Shown here piece after piece: positions 1-8,047 of a stretch of DNA of 64,000 nt (the first letter of the stretch is position 1; every line of letters begins with the position of its first letter). The position numbers and the translations under genes were made by a program. Origin of the DNA: Microcella sp. (GTDB taxonomy: Bacteria > Actinomycetota > Actinomycetes > Actinomycetales > Microbacteriaceae); the NCBI RefSeq assembly GCF_051860105.1, contig NZ_JBHYEO010000010.1, positions 2,832 through 66,831 on the forward strand. Reading direction: 5' to 3'. The notes under the pieces were generated by a model. The model saw only the letters and a program-made list of their open reading frames with translations. It did not search any database and had not been told where the DNA came from.

Positions 1-1022
1 ACCGCGTCAGGGTCCTTCGAGGCGACGGATGTCAGATAGTGCAGCGTTTCGGCGCGCGCCATCTGGTCGGTGTCGTCGACGAGGTCAGCGACTCTCAGGA
101 TCTCACCGTTGTCGCGACGACGAACGCGCAAGATGCCCGATTCCTCCTGGCTGATCACCTCGCCGATGGCGTCGAGGATGAAGCCAACTTCTTCGATCTT
201 GTCCTTGGTGGACTCGCCACTGTTGACGTTCGGGATGTGGACGATCGTCTTCTTGTCCAGATCGAGAATCTCGTGGATCGCGCTTGTATAGCGACCCTGG
301 TAGAAGTGGTGCCCGATACCGAGTGACTTCAAGTGTTCGTAGCCGTTGAGTTGGTCGTAGTAGTTGAAGGTCACCGGCGTGAACTTCGCCTCGTCCTCCG
401 GCACGAGGACAGGGACGGAGTCCCCGCGGAAGTATGAGCCGGTCATCGCCACGATGTGCGCGTCAGAGCCGGCCATCACGCCCTTGAGGAGCTCGCCGAG
501 GCGATTGCTGGCGATATCGGCCGAGACGTGATGGAACTCATCGATCGCGAGCACGACGCCGTCAAGAGCAGACGCAGCCAGCTTCTCGAAGGCGAAGCGA
601 AGTGTCGCGTGGGTGCAGACGAGCACCGCATCGGCTCCACCGAGAAAATCGATGAACTGCTGCACTTTGCTCAATGAGGAGCCCGGGGTGCAGAGGTTGT
701 TCTCGTCCTTGATGTTCCAGTCTGCAAAGAAGCCGAAGCGGGTCAGGCTGGTGCTGGCGAAGGAGCCTCCGATGGAGCGTTCGGGCACCGCAACGATGAC
801 CTTCTTGCGCCCCTGGTTGTACAGCTTGTCCAACGCGATGAACATCAGAGCACGCGACTTTCCCGACGCGGGCGGGGCCTTCACCAACAGGTATTGAGCT
901 GCGCGCTGCTCCCAGACACGTTGCTGCATCTCGCGCATGCCGAGCGCGTCGGTGTGCACGCTGCTACCAGTCTGCGCGTACTGAGCGTTGACAACATTTG
1001 CCGGCTTCGTATGCGGGGTCAC
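1..1022 (-). CDS. DEAD/DEAH (ResIII-like, SF2) helicase, N-terminal part only; C-terminus lies left of the window
   Basis: Not in the ORF track because it is open at the window edge. Manual minus-strand translation gives QYLLVKAPPASGKSRALMF (Walker A), VLAIDEFHHVS (DExH box) and IVAMTGSYFRGD (motif III). GTG at 1022-1020 overlaps the TGA stop of the upstream methyltransferase (GTGA). An alternative in-frame ATG is at 938. Confidence 0.8.
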   Translation of the reverse strand, partial: MTPHTKPANVVNAQYAQTGSSVHTDALGMREMQQRVWEQRAAQYLLVKAPPASGKSRALMFIALDKLYNQGRKKVIVAVPERSIGGSFASTSLTRFGFFADWNIKDENNLCTPGSSLSKVQQFIDFLGGADAVLVCTHATLRFAFEKLAASALDGVVLAIDEFHHVSADIASNRLGELLKGVMAGSDAHIVAMTGSYFRGDSVPVLVPEDEAKFTPVTFNYYDQLNGYEHLKSLGIGHHFYQGRYTSAIHEILDLDKKTIVHIPNVNSGESTKDKIEEVGFILDAIGEVISQEESGILRVRRRDNGEILRVADLVDDTDQMARAETLHYLTSVASKDPDA

Positions 1023-3703
1023 TTGAGCTTTTCCTCGGCGATCATTCGTTCGTACAGGGCGAAGAGGGAAGACAGCCTCTCTTCGTCGGTCTCAAAACCG
1101 CGCTTCAGGTAGACCGAGTCCACAAGTCTGTCGAGCTCTTGATGCGCCACTCGAAGATCGTGAGGCATCAAGTCTGGGTCATAGAGCTCAGCCAGGGTCT
1201 TCTCTGAGTGGTACTCGCGCACGTCGAGCACACGAAGCGCAGACTTAGTTAGCAGTTCCTTCGTGGACGCGCCGATCGACGGTACAGGGAAGTTGTTGTA
1301 GACGATGGTCGCCGAGTAGCGGTAGTCGGTCTTCAGGCGGCCACCCACGGCTTCCACCCAAACCATGTGCAGTCGCGATGTGAGCAAAGCGAAGACCCAC
1401 GGCTCCGCCCCGGATATCGCGTTTGCAGCGTCGGAGATGACGGTGTCCGGACCGAGGTATCCGACCGGTATGTATTCGCGCCGTTCTGAAGAGACGCGCG
1501 GCACAATAATGGACTCAGTTGACTTGTGGCGCGCCTCGCCAAACCGCCAGGGAACGCTGGCGAGCTTCTTGGTGGATTCCCGATCGCTTGCGAGCCGATG
1601 TTGACGCACTCGCTCAATCCGCTGGGCGACGCTGTCAACCTCCATAGCGGTCTCGGCTGTAGAGGCCGTGAGCCAGAGTGCATACCTCTCTCCTCCGCCG
1701 ATGAACTCGATGGAGCCAAGGAAGCGCTTGATCCAGGGAAGCGCCTGGGGTGCTCGCTCCACGAGGGTTTGGCGTTCTGCCGGGCTAAGGACAAGGCCAC
1801 CGTTGTCATTGGGCATGCTTCCAAAAGTCATCACCGGGATGGCGGAGAGAGGTTTGCGTCGCGTTCCGATGAAGATGTTCTCGCCATCCGCGAGGTACCC
1901 GTTGATGTTCTTGGCTTCGATGCGGATGTCATCGGTGAAGATGAACTTGGCGCGCTGGCTTCTGTTACGGAGACTGATCACGGCCACGGTCACTCCCGCA
2001 TTGCGCCTGGCGTTGTTCTCCCACTTGAAGGAGGTGTAAGCGAAACCGATCTCCAGCCCGCTATCGAAGATCGCAGGAAACATGAGGCCGGGGTGCTCGC
2101 CTTGGGCAACAGAGTTGGTCGTTACGAAGGCCACCTCTGCCCGTGTGCCAACAATGTAGTCGGCCGCTTTGGCAAACCAAATCGCGATGTAGTCGAGGTT
2201 CTTCGAGTACGGCCGCAACCCAAACGCGTAGTCGAAGTCGGCCTTCATGTCCTTGCTCTGACCCCTGGCGCCCTTGTACGGGGGGTTTCCGATGAGATAT
2301 ATCTCCTCGGCACTAGTGTTCGGGCAGACCGATTGCCAATCTGTTCTCGCCGCATTGCCCTGTTTGATCTGGCCGGTCTCCTTCAGGGGGATGAGGGGCA
2401 AGTCGATGCCGAACTTCTCGCGAAACTCGACGTTCATCTGGTGCTTGGCGATCCAGAGGGACAGGATCGCTACCTCGACGGCGAAGTCGTCGATTTCCAA
2501 GCCGTAGAAGTGCTCGACGTTGATGCGTGAGCCGAGAAGGTCGAGTGTGTACTTGTCCCCCTGCAACGCTTGAAGGCGCTCCAGGATTGCGTGTTCCAGC
2601 TTGCGCAGCTCCTTGTAAGCGATGACAAGGAAGTTGCCCGAACCGCAGGCCGGGTCGAAGACCTTGATCTGAGCGATTCGCCGGAGGAGAGCATCCAGTT
2701 TCGGAGCACTGTCGAAGGAGTCATCGAACTGTTCCTTCAGGCCGTCGAGAAACAGGGGCTCGATGGTCTTCAGAATGTTCGGCACCGAGGTGTAGTGCTG
2801 GCCGAGATCGGAGCGTTGGCCGGGGGTGACGACGGCCTGGAACATGGAGCCGAAGATGTCGGGATTGATCTCATTCCACAGAAGCCGACCGCTCTCTAGC
2901 AGCAGCTCCCGTGCCTTCTTGTTGAAGGCCGGCACCGTGTGATCCGCTGTGACAGTGAAGAGGCGCCCATTCACGTAGGGGAACCCCGCGAGGTGCGTCG
3001 GTTTGGCTGCGGGGTCTGCGATGTCGAGTGCGGTGAAGAGATCGGACAGGAACTGGCTGACGTCGGAGCCGTCGGGCTGCGTCAAAGTCGCGACTGCGTC
3101 CGTGAACTGACCGGTGCGGAAGATGCCGGTGTCTTCGGCGAAGAAGCAGAACAGCAGGCGGGTGAAGAAGACGTTGAGGGCGTGGCGGCCGATGATCGTG
3201 GTGTTCAGCTCGGGGTTGACCGCCAGGAGCTCGTCGAAGAGCTTCGCCATGCGCTCGGCTGCCTTGACATCGGCGTGCGCCTCGGCAACGTACTGTGCTT
3301 TCTCCATGCCGGCCCAGGGCAAGAAGAAGGTGAAGTGCTTGTCGATCTCGGCGATGGGGATGGCGAGGGTTTCACTCGTCTTGGTGTCCACCGCGAGCAG
3401 GTCGGTGTAGTTGGTGACGATGACGAAGCGCGTGCCATAGCGCACGACCGACGGGGAGCGTCGGAGCTCGTCGATGACTCCGTAGAGGTCATCTTCTGTG
3501 TGCTTGAAGTAGACGACGCTCTTCTGTGCGACCTCGGTCGCCGGGTTATCAGCGACGTTGAGGGAACCGTTTCGCAGGCGCGTGATGTTGCTCGCCGAGC
3601 GGCCGTAGGCCGTCAGGAGTTCGAAGATGAACTCTCGGTCGTAGCTGGTGCGTCCGCCAAGTGGTCGGACTCGTTCTTCGACTGCCTTGAGGTTGAGTCT
3701 CAC
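1019..3703 (-). CDS. MmeI/PglX-like single-chain N6-adenine DNA methyltransferase with fused target-recognition region
   Basis: 894-aa ORF with a GTG start. Motif I is KVFDPACGSGNFLV and motif IV is LIGNPPYKG. The N-terminal block RFVIVTNYTDLLAVD and the long C-terminal region resemble the MmeI-family layout. Confidence 0.85.
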   Translation of the reverse strand: MRLNLKAVEERVRPLGGRTSYDREFIFELLTAYGRSASNITRLRNGSLNVADNPATEVAQKSVVYFKHTEDDLYGVIDELRRSPSVVRYGTRFVIVTNYTDLLAVDTKTSETLAIPIAEIDKHFTFFLPWAGMEKAQYVAEAHADVKAAERMAKLFDELLAVNPELNTTIIGRHALNVFFTRLLFCFFAEDTGIFRTGQFTDAVATLTQPDGSDVSQFLSDLFTALDIADPAAKPTHLAGFPYVNGRLFTVTADHTVPAFNKKARELLLESGRLLWNEINPDIFGSMFQAVVTPGQRSDLGQHYTSVPNILKTIEPLFLDGLKEQFDDSFDSAPKLDALLRRIAQIKVFDPACGSGNFLVIAYKELRKLEHAILERLQALQGDKYTLDLLGSRINVEHFYGLEIDDFAVEVAILSLWIAKHQMNVEFREKFGIDLPLIPLKETGQIKQGNAARTDWQSVCPNTSAEEIYLIGNPPYKGARGQSKDMKADFDYAFGLRPYSKNLDYIAIWFAKAADYIVGTRAEVAFVTTNSVAQGEHPGLMFPAIFDSGLEIGFAYTSFKWENNARRNAGVTVAVISLRNRSQRAKFIFTDDIRIEAKNINGYLADGENIFIGTRRKPLSAIPVMTFGSMPNDNGGLVLSPAERQTLVERAPQALPWIKRFLGSIEFIGGGERYALWLTASTAETAMEVDSVAQRIERVRQHRLASDRESTKKLASVPWRFGEARHKSTESIIVPRVSSERREYIPVGYLGPDTVISDAANAISGAEPWVFALLTSRLHMVWVEAVGGRLKTDYRYSATIVYNNFPVPSIGASTKELLTKSALRVLDVREYHSEKTLAELYDPDLMPHDLRVAHQELDRLVDSVYLKRGFETDEERLSSLFALYERMIAEEKLK

Positions 3704-3837
3704 TGGGTGGCTCCTTCGATGCTTTCGATCGACGCTTGCGGTGCTTCGCGCGCCGGTGTGGATTCTTGACTGCGGCCGGGCCGGTCGAGTCCCGGTCCCG
3801 TCGTGTCGATGGCAAGTAGTCCATTCATCGGAGTTGC

Positions 3838-5826
3838 CTAATCGCCAAGGCCGTATCGGGCAACCTTCAAGAGCTGCTCGGCCGCCTGAGCGCTCGCCTG
3901 CTGCACTTTTGCGGCTGCTGCGTCAGCAGCGTGCAGGTCGCGCAGCTGTTGAGCGATTTGTGCTTGCGCGGCGATAGGTAGCAGGGGGATCTCGATGTCC
4001 TTGACGGAGAAGATCCCGGGGCCGGTTTGCAGCGCTTCGTTCCAGCTGCCGGCGATGCAATGCGCGAGGTACTCGGCGTTGATCTCGTCCGAGTTGGGCG
4101 TGAGGACGTAGACGCCTCGGGCTGGTACTCGGCCGCCCTCGTGGTCGACGCGAGAGTAGATGCGAGACAGTCGCGTCACCAGCACATCCCCGGGGGAGGT
4201 TTGCCTCTCCGATCCCAAGTTCGCTGAGCTCGTGGGCACAGGTGGGAACCCGTCTCGAATGTGTGAAGGGCGAACGACGAGGTCGTCATCGACTTCGATG
4301 GCAGCGATTCGCCCGGCGGAGAACTGCACGGTGCCATGCTCGACGAGTTCGTTGAGCCGAACTACCCGTGGCGGTTCGGTGTGGACGGGAGCGGACACTT
4401 CCGGCAGGTTCGCGATCGCAGCGCGCGCATGGCTGAGTTGTTCGATCGCTCTGCTGACGGCTCTGGCGGTAGGCGCCTCCGCAACGGCGCCGACCCATCG
4501 CGCGGGGGTCAGGGCCGCGTCGGCGGCAAGGATCTCGGCGATTGGCACGCGTCGGTTCGGGGCATCGATCTTGTCGGACGTGAGCCAGGTGTTGATTTCA
4601 TCTTCGGGACTCTCAACGCTGGTCGCGTCGATGATGTGCACGTACCCGGGCTCCTCGTTCGCACGGGGTGATCCGAGGACCCAGAGGGCGAGAGGAATCG
4701 AAGTGTTCGGCAGAAGCTTGCCGGGTAGGCCGATGATGACGCGGACGAGGTCGTTCTTGAGAATCTCCGCGCGGATCCGTCCCTCAGTGCCGGGGCGGGC
4801 GAGCGGGGTTCGCGTTGTCAGAACGTAGCCTCTTCCCCCGGGCGCCAGGTGCGCTAGAACGTGTTGAATCCAGGCAAAGTCCGCTGAGGATCGTGGGGGG
4901 ATGCCGTAGCGCCAGCGCGGGTCGGTGATCGCACCGGCTGCGTCCCATCGAAGGGCGTAGGGCGGTTCGGCGACGATGAGGTCTGCCCGAAGCTCAGGAT
5001 GAGGATCGAAGGCGAGAACGTCGGCGAGGGCGAAGGTGGCCTTGATGCCTCGAAGTCCAGCTCGCACTGCCGCAATGAAGAGCGCGTCTGCGTTGACGTC
5101 GACTCCGGTGACGGTGGAGTGCATGAGGTTGCGGGCGGCGAGAGTCTGGGCTGCTTCCGAGATGCCACAGGCGGGGTCATAGATGGTGGTGCCGTGGTCT
5201 GCGGCGGCGACGAGGATTGCGGCGGCGCGCGAGGTTGCGAGTCCGTGTGCGCTACCCGCGCGGGCGGCGGCGGCACCCGCGCGATCGAGCAAGAGGGTGC
5301 TCGCGTCGATCAGTGATGAGGGTTCAACGGCAGAGATAGCGTTGGCGAGAGTGAGGAGCCCGACGGCGGAGGGGCGGTCGCTTCGGCGGGCTGCGGTGCG
5401 CGCGATCACATTCGTCGGCGCGATGGATTCCAGCACGTGGTTGAGCCGCTCAGCATCGATGGCGTTGACGGTGTTGGGGTTGCGCAGGTCAGCCCACAGT
5501 GCGGTTGCGGCGTTGTCGCCGCGGTGCGCGAGGTAGCAGATCGCGATAAGGCGGTGGGCTTCGAATACGAGCTCGTCGATTTCTGTAGTGTCGCGAAGCG
5601 AATTGAGGCTCGACCAGACCTGGAGCGCGGCGCTTTCGTTGAACGGCTTGTTTTGCGACTGCAGCCACGCGGTCACGTGGGAGCGTTCGAACATGGGGCG
5701 GCCCTCAGTGCCGCCTGCGGGAGCGGGGAAGTCGAAGTAGCGGGTGCGCCAGTTGCTGACCGCTGCGCGGGATACGCCGGCGAGCTCGGCGATGTCGCTC
5801 GGGCTCAGCATACCGTCGTTGTTCAC
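3838..5826 (-). CDS. HTH-domain / N6-methyltransferase-like / HsdS-like specificity-domain fusion protein
   Basis: 662-aa ORF. N-terminal HTH is LSPSDIAELAGVSRAAVSNWRTRY. Motif I-like TIYDPACGISE. Motif IV reads LIVAEPPYALRW (EPPY instead of N/DPPY). The C-terminal half ends in the HsdS-type conserved helix IEIPLLPIAAQAQIAQQL. Confidence 0.8.
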   Translation of the reverse strand: MNNDGMLSPSDIAELAGVSRAAVSNWRTRYFDFPAPAGGTEGRPMFERSHVTAWLQSQNKPFNESAALQVWSSLNSLRDTTEIDELVFEAHRLIAICYLAHRGDNAATALWADLRNPNTVNAIDAERLNHVLESIAPTNVIARTAARRSDRPSAVGLLTLANAISAVEPSSLIDASTLLLDRAGAAAARAGSAHGLATSRAAAILVAAADHGTTIYDPACGISEAAQTLAARNLMHSTVTGVDVNADALFIAAVRAGLRGIKATFALADVLAFDPHPELRADLIVAEPPYALRWDAAGAITDPRWRYGIPPRSSADFAWIQHVLAHLAPGGRGYVLTTRTPLARPGTEGRIRAEILKNDLVRVIIGLPGKLLPNTSIPLALWVLGSPRANEEPGYVHIIDATSVESPEDEINTWLTSDKIDAPNRRVPIAEILAADAALTPARWVGAVAEAPTARAVSRAIEQLSHARAAIANLPEVSAPVHTEPPRVVRLNELVEHGTVQFSAGRIAAIEVDDDLVVRPSHIRDGFPPVPTSSANLGSERQTSPGDVLVTRLSRIYSRVDHEGGRVPARGVYVLTPNSDEINAEYLAHCIAGSWNEALQTGPGIFSVKDIEIPLLPIAAQAQIAQQLRDLHAADAAAAKVQQASAQAAEQLLKVARYGLGD

Positions 5827-6353
5827 GCAACCTCCATGGCGACAGCGCTGGGGCCGGGGCGCCGCTCGCTCTCAAGGTAGACGACTTTGGTCGCGGCCAA
5901 CCGCAGTCGATTCGACAGCGACTCTGCGTGAGCAACCACTGTCGTCGGCAGACCAAGTGACGCGAGCTCGGCGACGCGGTCAGCGAACTTGCCGTCGCCA
6001 GACACAATCACCAACTCATCGAAGCGAGCCACAACAGCGTCGTTGAGCTCATCGAGCAGAGCCAGTTCGGCTCCATCCGGACCCGAGCGAACGACGTACC
6101 GCACGCCGGTCCAGGAGCAACCGACCTCCAGAAGTCCGTTGTGGGCAACGCCGATGACAACGAGGTCGCCCTCTTGCACGGGATAGGCGGCAGCAAGTGC
6201 TGCGCGTGCACCCAACACATCGGTGTTGCAGGGGCAGGGGCCGCCGACTGCGTTCTCGATGTCGACGAGGTAGAGGCAGCGGATACCTGCCTGGCGGACG
6301 GGGGGCGGCGTCACCAACTCGGGAAGCTGGCTCGCAAGGAGAGAGGAACTCAC
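5823..6353 (-). CDS. NYN / LabA-like PIN-fold domain protein
   Basis: 176-aa ORF. LYLVDIENA and LVIVSGDGKFAD match the NYN/LabA-like signature. Its TGA overlaps the GTG start of 3838..5826 (GTGA at 5823-5826). Confidence 0.7.
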   Translation of the reverse strand: MSSSLLASQLPELVTPPPVRQAGIRCLYLVDIENAVGGPCPCNTDVLGARAALAAAYPVQEGDLVVIGVAHNGLLEVGCSWTGVRYVVRSGPDGAELALLDELNDAVVARFDELVIVSGDGKFADRVAELASLGLPTTVVAHAESLSNRLRLAATKVVYLESERRPGPSAVAMEVA

Positions 6354-6596
6354 ATGAGGAAGGTATCCCGTCTCGTTCTGGCTGTCAAGTGTTTCTAATT
6401 CACACGTCAGAATGCCCCAGAGCTGGTTGGTCTTGAGGCGTGTCTTGACTATTGCTCATGCCGTTTTTACTCAATCAAAACAGCAAACCGCAGTGTTCAT
6501 GGGCCTTTTGGGTTGTAACTTACAGCCCTGCTCACCCCACGGATCATTACCTCTTAGTGAAGCTGCGTGAGCTCTGACAACGTCATTGCCGCGTCT

Positions 6597-6651
6597 AAGT
6601 TCACAGTCCTGTGTGTTGCTGTGAACTTTGGTGTCGTTCACATTGTGAACG
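6597..6651. promoter_or_regulatory. Two adjacent perfect palindromes built on GTTCACA/TGTGAAC (operator-like) in the spacer upstream of the NYN-methyltransferase operon
   Basis: AAGTTCACAG (6597-6606) pairs with CTGTGAACTT (6619-6628). CGTTCACA-T-TGTGAACG spans 6635-6651. Both read directly from the sequence in an AT-richer non-coding spacer. Confidence 0.4.
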
Positions 6652-6791
6652 CCCATGCCGCGCGTGATGGGATTCCCAACGAGCTGACTTCCACCACTTT
6701 TATCGAGCGATGCTCGTTTAGTGCCTGCGAGGGGACCGCGTTGTTGCCCCAGATCGACCCTTTGCCTAACCGTCATGTGAAGGCGGCGTTC

Positions 6792-6814
6792 AGTGGCTAG
6801 GTCACCTAGCCACT
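6792..6814. terminator. Perfect 11-bp-arm palindrome/hairpin about 100 nt downstream of jetD
   Basis: AGTGGCTAGGT-C-ACCTAGCCACT read directly. It lies between the jetD stop (6911) and the next operon. There is no clear T tract, so it could also be a protein-binding site. Confidence 0.4.
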
Positions 6815-6910
6815 AGGGGTCGCCCTCCAGATCCAGCCTCGATCAAATCGGGAGATTGCACTTTCGAGCGCTACGCCGCTCATTTGTGCAACCTGGGTGT
6901 AGCGCGCGAT

Positions 6911-8044
6911 CTAGAGCCGCGTTCGAAGGCAATCGTCGATGCGCTCCAACGCGTAAGCCCAGTCGATGCGTTCTTGTTCGAGTCGCACGTTGCCTTGGTC
7001 TCGAAGAGTGGCGAATGCCTCATGCTCCGCCGGCGTCAGGAACGCGAGCTTCCCCTGGTGGGGTTGTGGTTCAGTGCCCCAGAGGTCGCGATGCGCGTAC
7101 AGGGTCTCCGAATCCATCAAGCAGGATTCAAGGCTCAGGCCCGCACCGCGCGCGTGGCTGAGAATGCGGAACCCGTGGGAATCCAAGTCGCCCCAGTAGA
7201 TTGCCGGCCTCGACTTGATCCACCCGACCAAACTGAGCGTCGGCGCCACGTTCCCGCGCCCATCGACAGCGATTACGCCTTGCCGCTCTGGGAGCGCGAG
7301 AAACGTCTGCAGGTTCTCAACGATCAGCACTGTGCTCGGCTTGAGGTCCCAGTTGTTGAGATCAGAGAGTGGTGCGGTCACGTCGCCCAAACCTGCTGGC
7401 GCCAAAGATCGATCGAGGAAACGGATACGCACGAGAGCAGGCGGGCGCCGCAACGACAACCCGTCGCCACCGACCAAAGCCTCGACGACGGCGCGGTGCC
7501 GTTCAAGCCACTTAGAGTCAATCCCGCGAATGGGCAGCTCGCGGATGTACCGGTCAGACATGGGGTTGTCTTGAAGCCACCGGGACACATCGCGCAGGCG
7601 GAGGAAGTCTGTGGTGTCGAGCTCGCCGATCGTTCGAGCGTGCTTGGCAATCGCCGGCTTCAGGGACGCCTGTGGGGCGAGAGTCTCCGAGAGCTCATCC
7701 GCACGGCTCCGCCACCGCTTCCACTGCGCCCCAACTTGGGCGACCTCGGTGAGCGCATCAACTCCGGCGACGCATGCGCGTGCGGGAACGACTTGCTCGC
7801 CGACCCGTCCCCATCGTCTCGTCTCCCAGACGAGCTCGATCGCGCTGTCCTCGTTTGCCCGCCACGAATCGACCCAGCCCGTTGCCGCCGAGTAGTCGCG
7901 CAACACCTCTGCCTCGGTCGGCGGGTGGAGCGGGATATCCAGCGTTGCCGTCGACGTGTCGCCTGCAGCCCATTGCCGACCGTCTCGAACCCATAGTTTT
8001 CGGGCACGCTCTCGAAGGTCATTGACTGTGACGGGGGTGGGCAT
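6911..8044 (-). CDS. jetD: Wadjet JetD (DUF3322 + DUF2220 Toprim-like nuclease subunit)
   Basis: 377-aa ORF. The C-terminal block VLIVENLQTFLAL ... IYWGDLDSHGFRIL is typical of the JetD/MksG Toprim-like domain. It is last in a four-gene jet operon. Confidence 0.9.
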   Translation of the reverse strand: MPTPVTVNDLRERARKLWVRDGRQWAAGDTSTATLDIPLHPPTEAEVLRDYSAATGWVDSWRANEDSAIELVWETRRWGRVGEQVVPARACVAGVDALTEVAQVGAQWKRWRSRADELSETLAPQASLKPAIAKHARTIGELDTTDFLRLRDVSRWLQDNPMSDRYIRELPIRGIDSKWLERHRAVVEALVGGDGLSLRRPPALVRIRFLDRSLAPAGLGDVTAPLSDLNNWDLKPSTVLIVENLQTFLALPERQGVIAVDGRGNVAPTLSLVGWIKSRPAIYWGDLDSHGFRILSHARGAGLSLESCLMDSETLYAHRDLWGTEPQPHQGKLAFLTPAEHEAFATLRDQGNVRLEQERIDWAYALERIDDCLRTRL

Positions 8045-8047
8045 CAG

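Noticed and set aside
6471-6800. Track ORFs 6471..6776 (-) and 6567..6800 (+) in the spacer between jetD and the NYN gene.
   Set aside because: Their translations are not protein-like (rich in Cys/Asn/Thr/Arg runs, no hydrophobic periodicity). They overlap each other and the palindromes, and the region is AT-richer than any coding part. It was treated as non-coding.
6884-7996. 370-aa plus-strand ORF.
   Set aside because: It is entirely antisense to jetD, which has clear family motifs. It is a shadow ORF.
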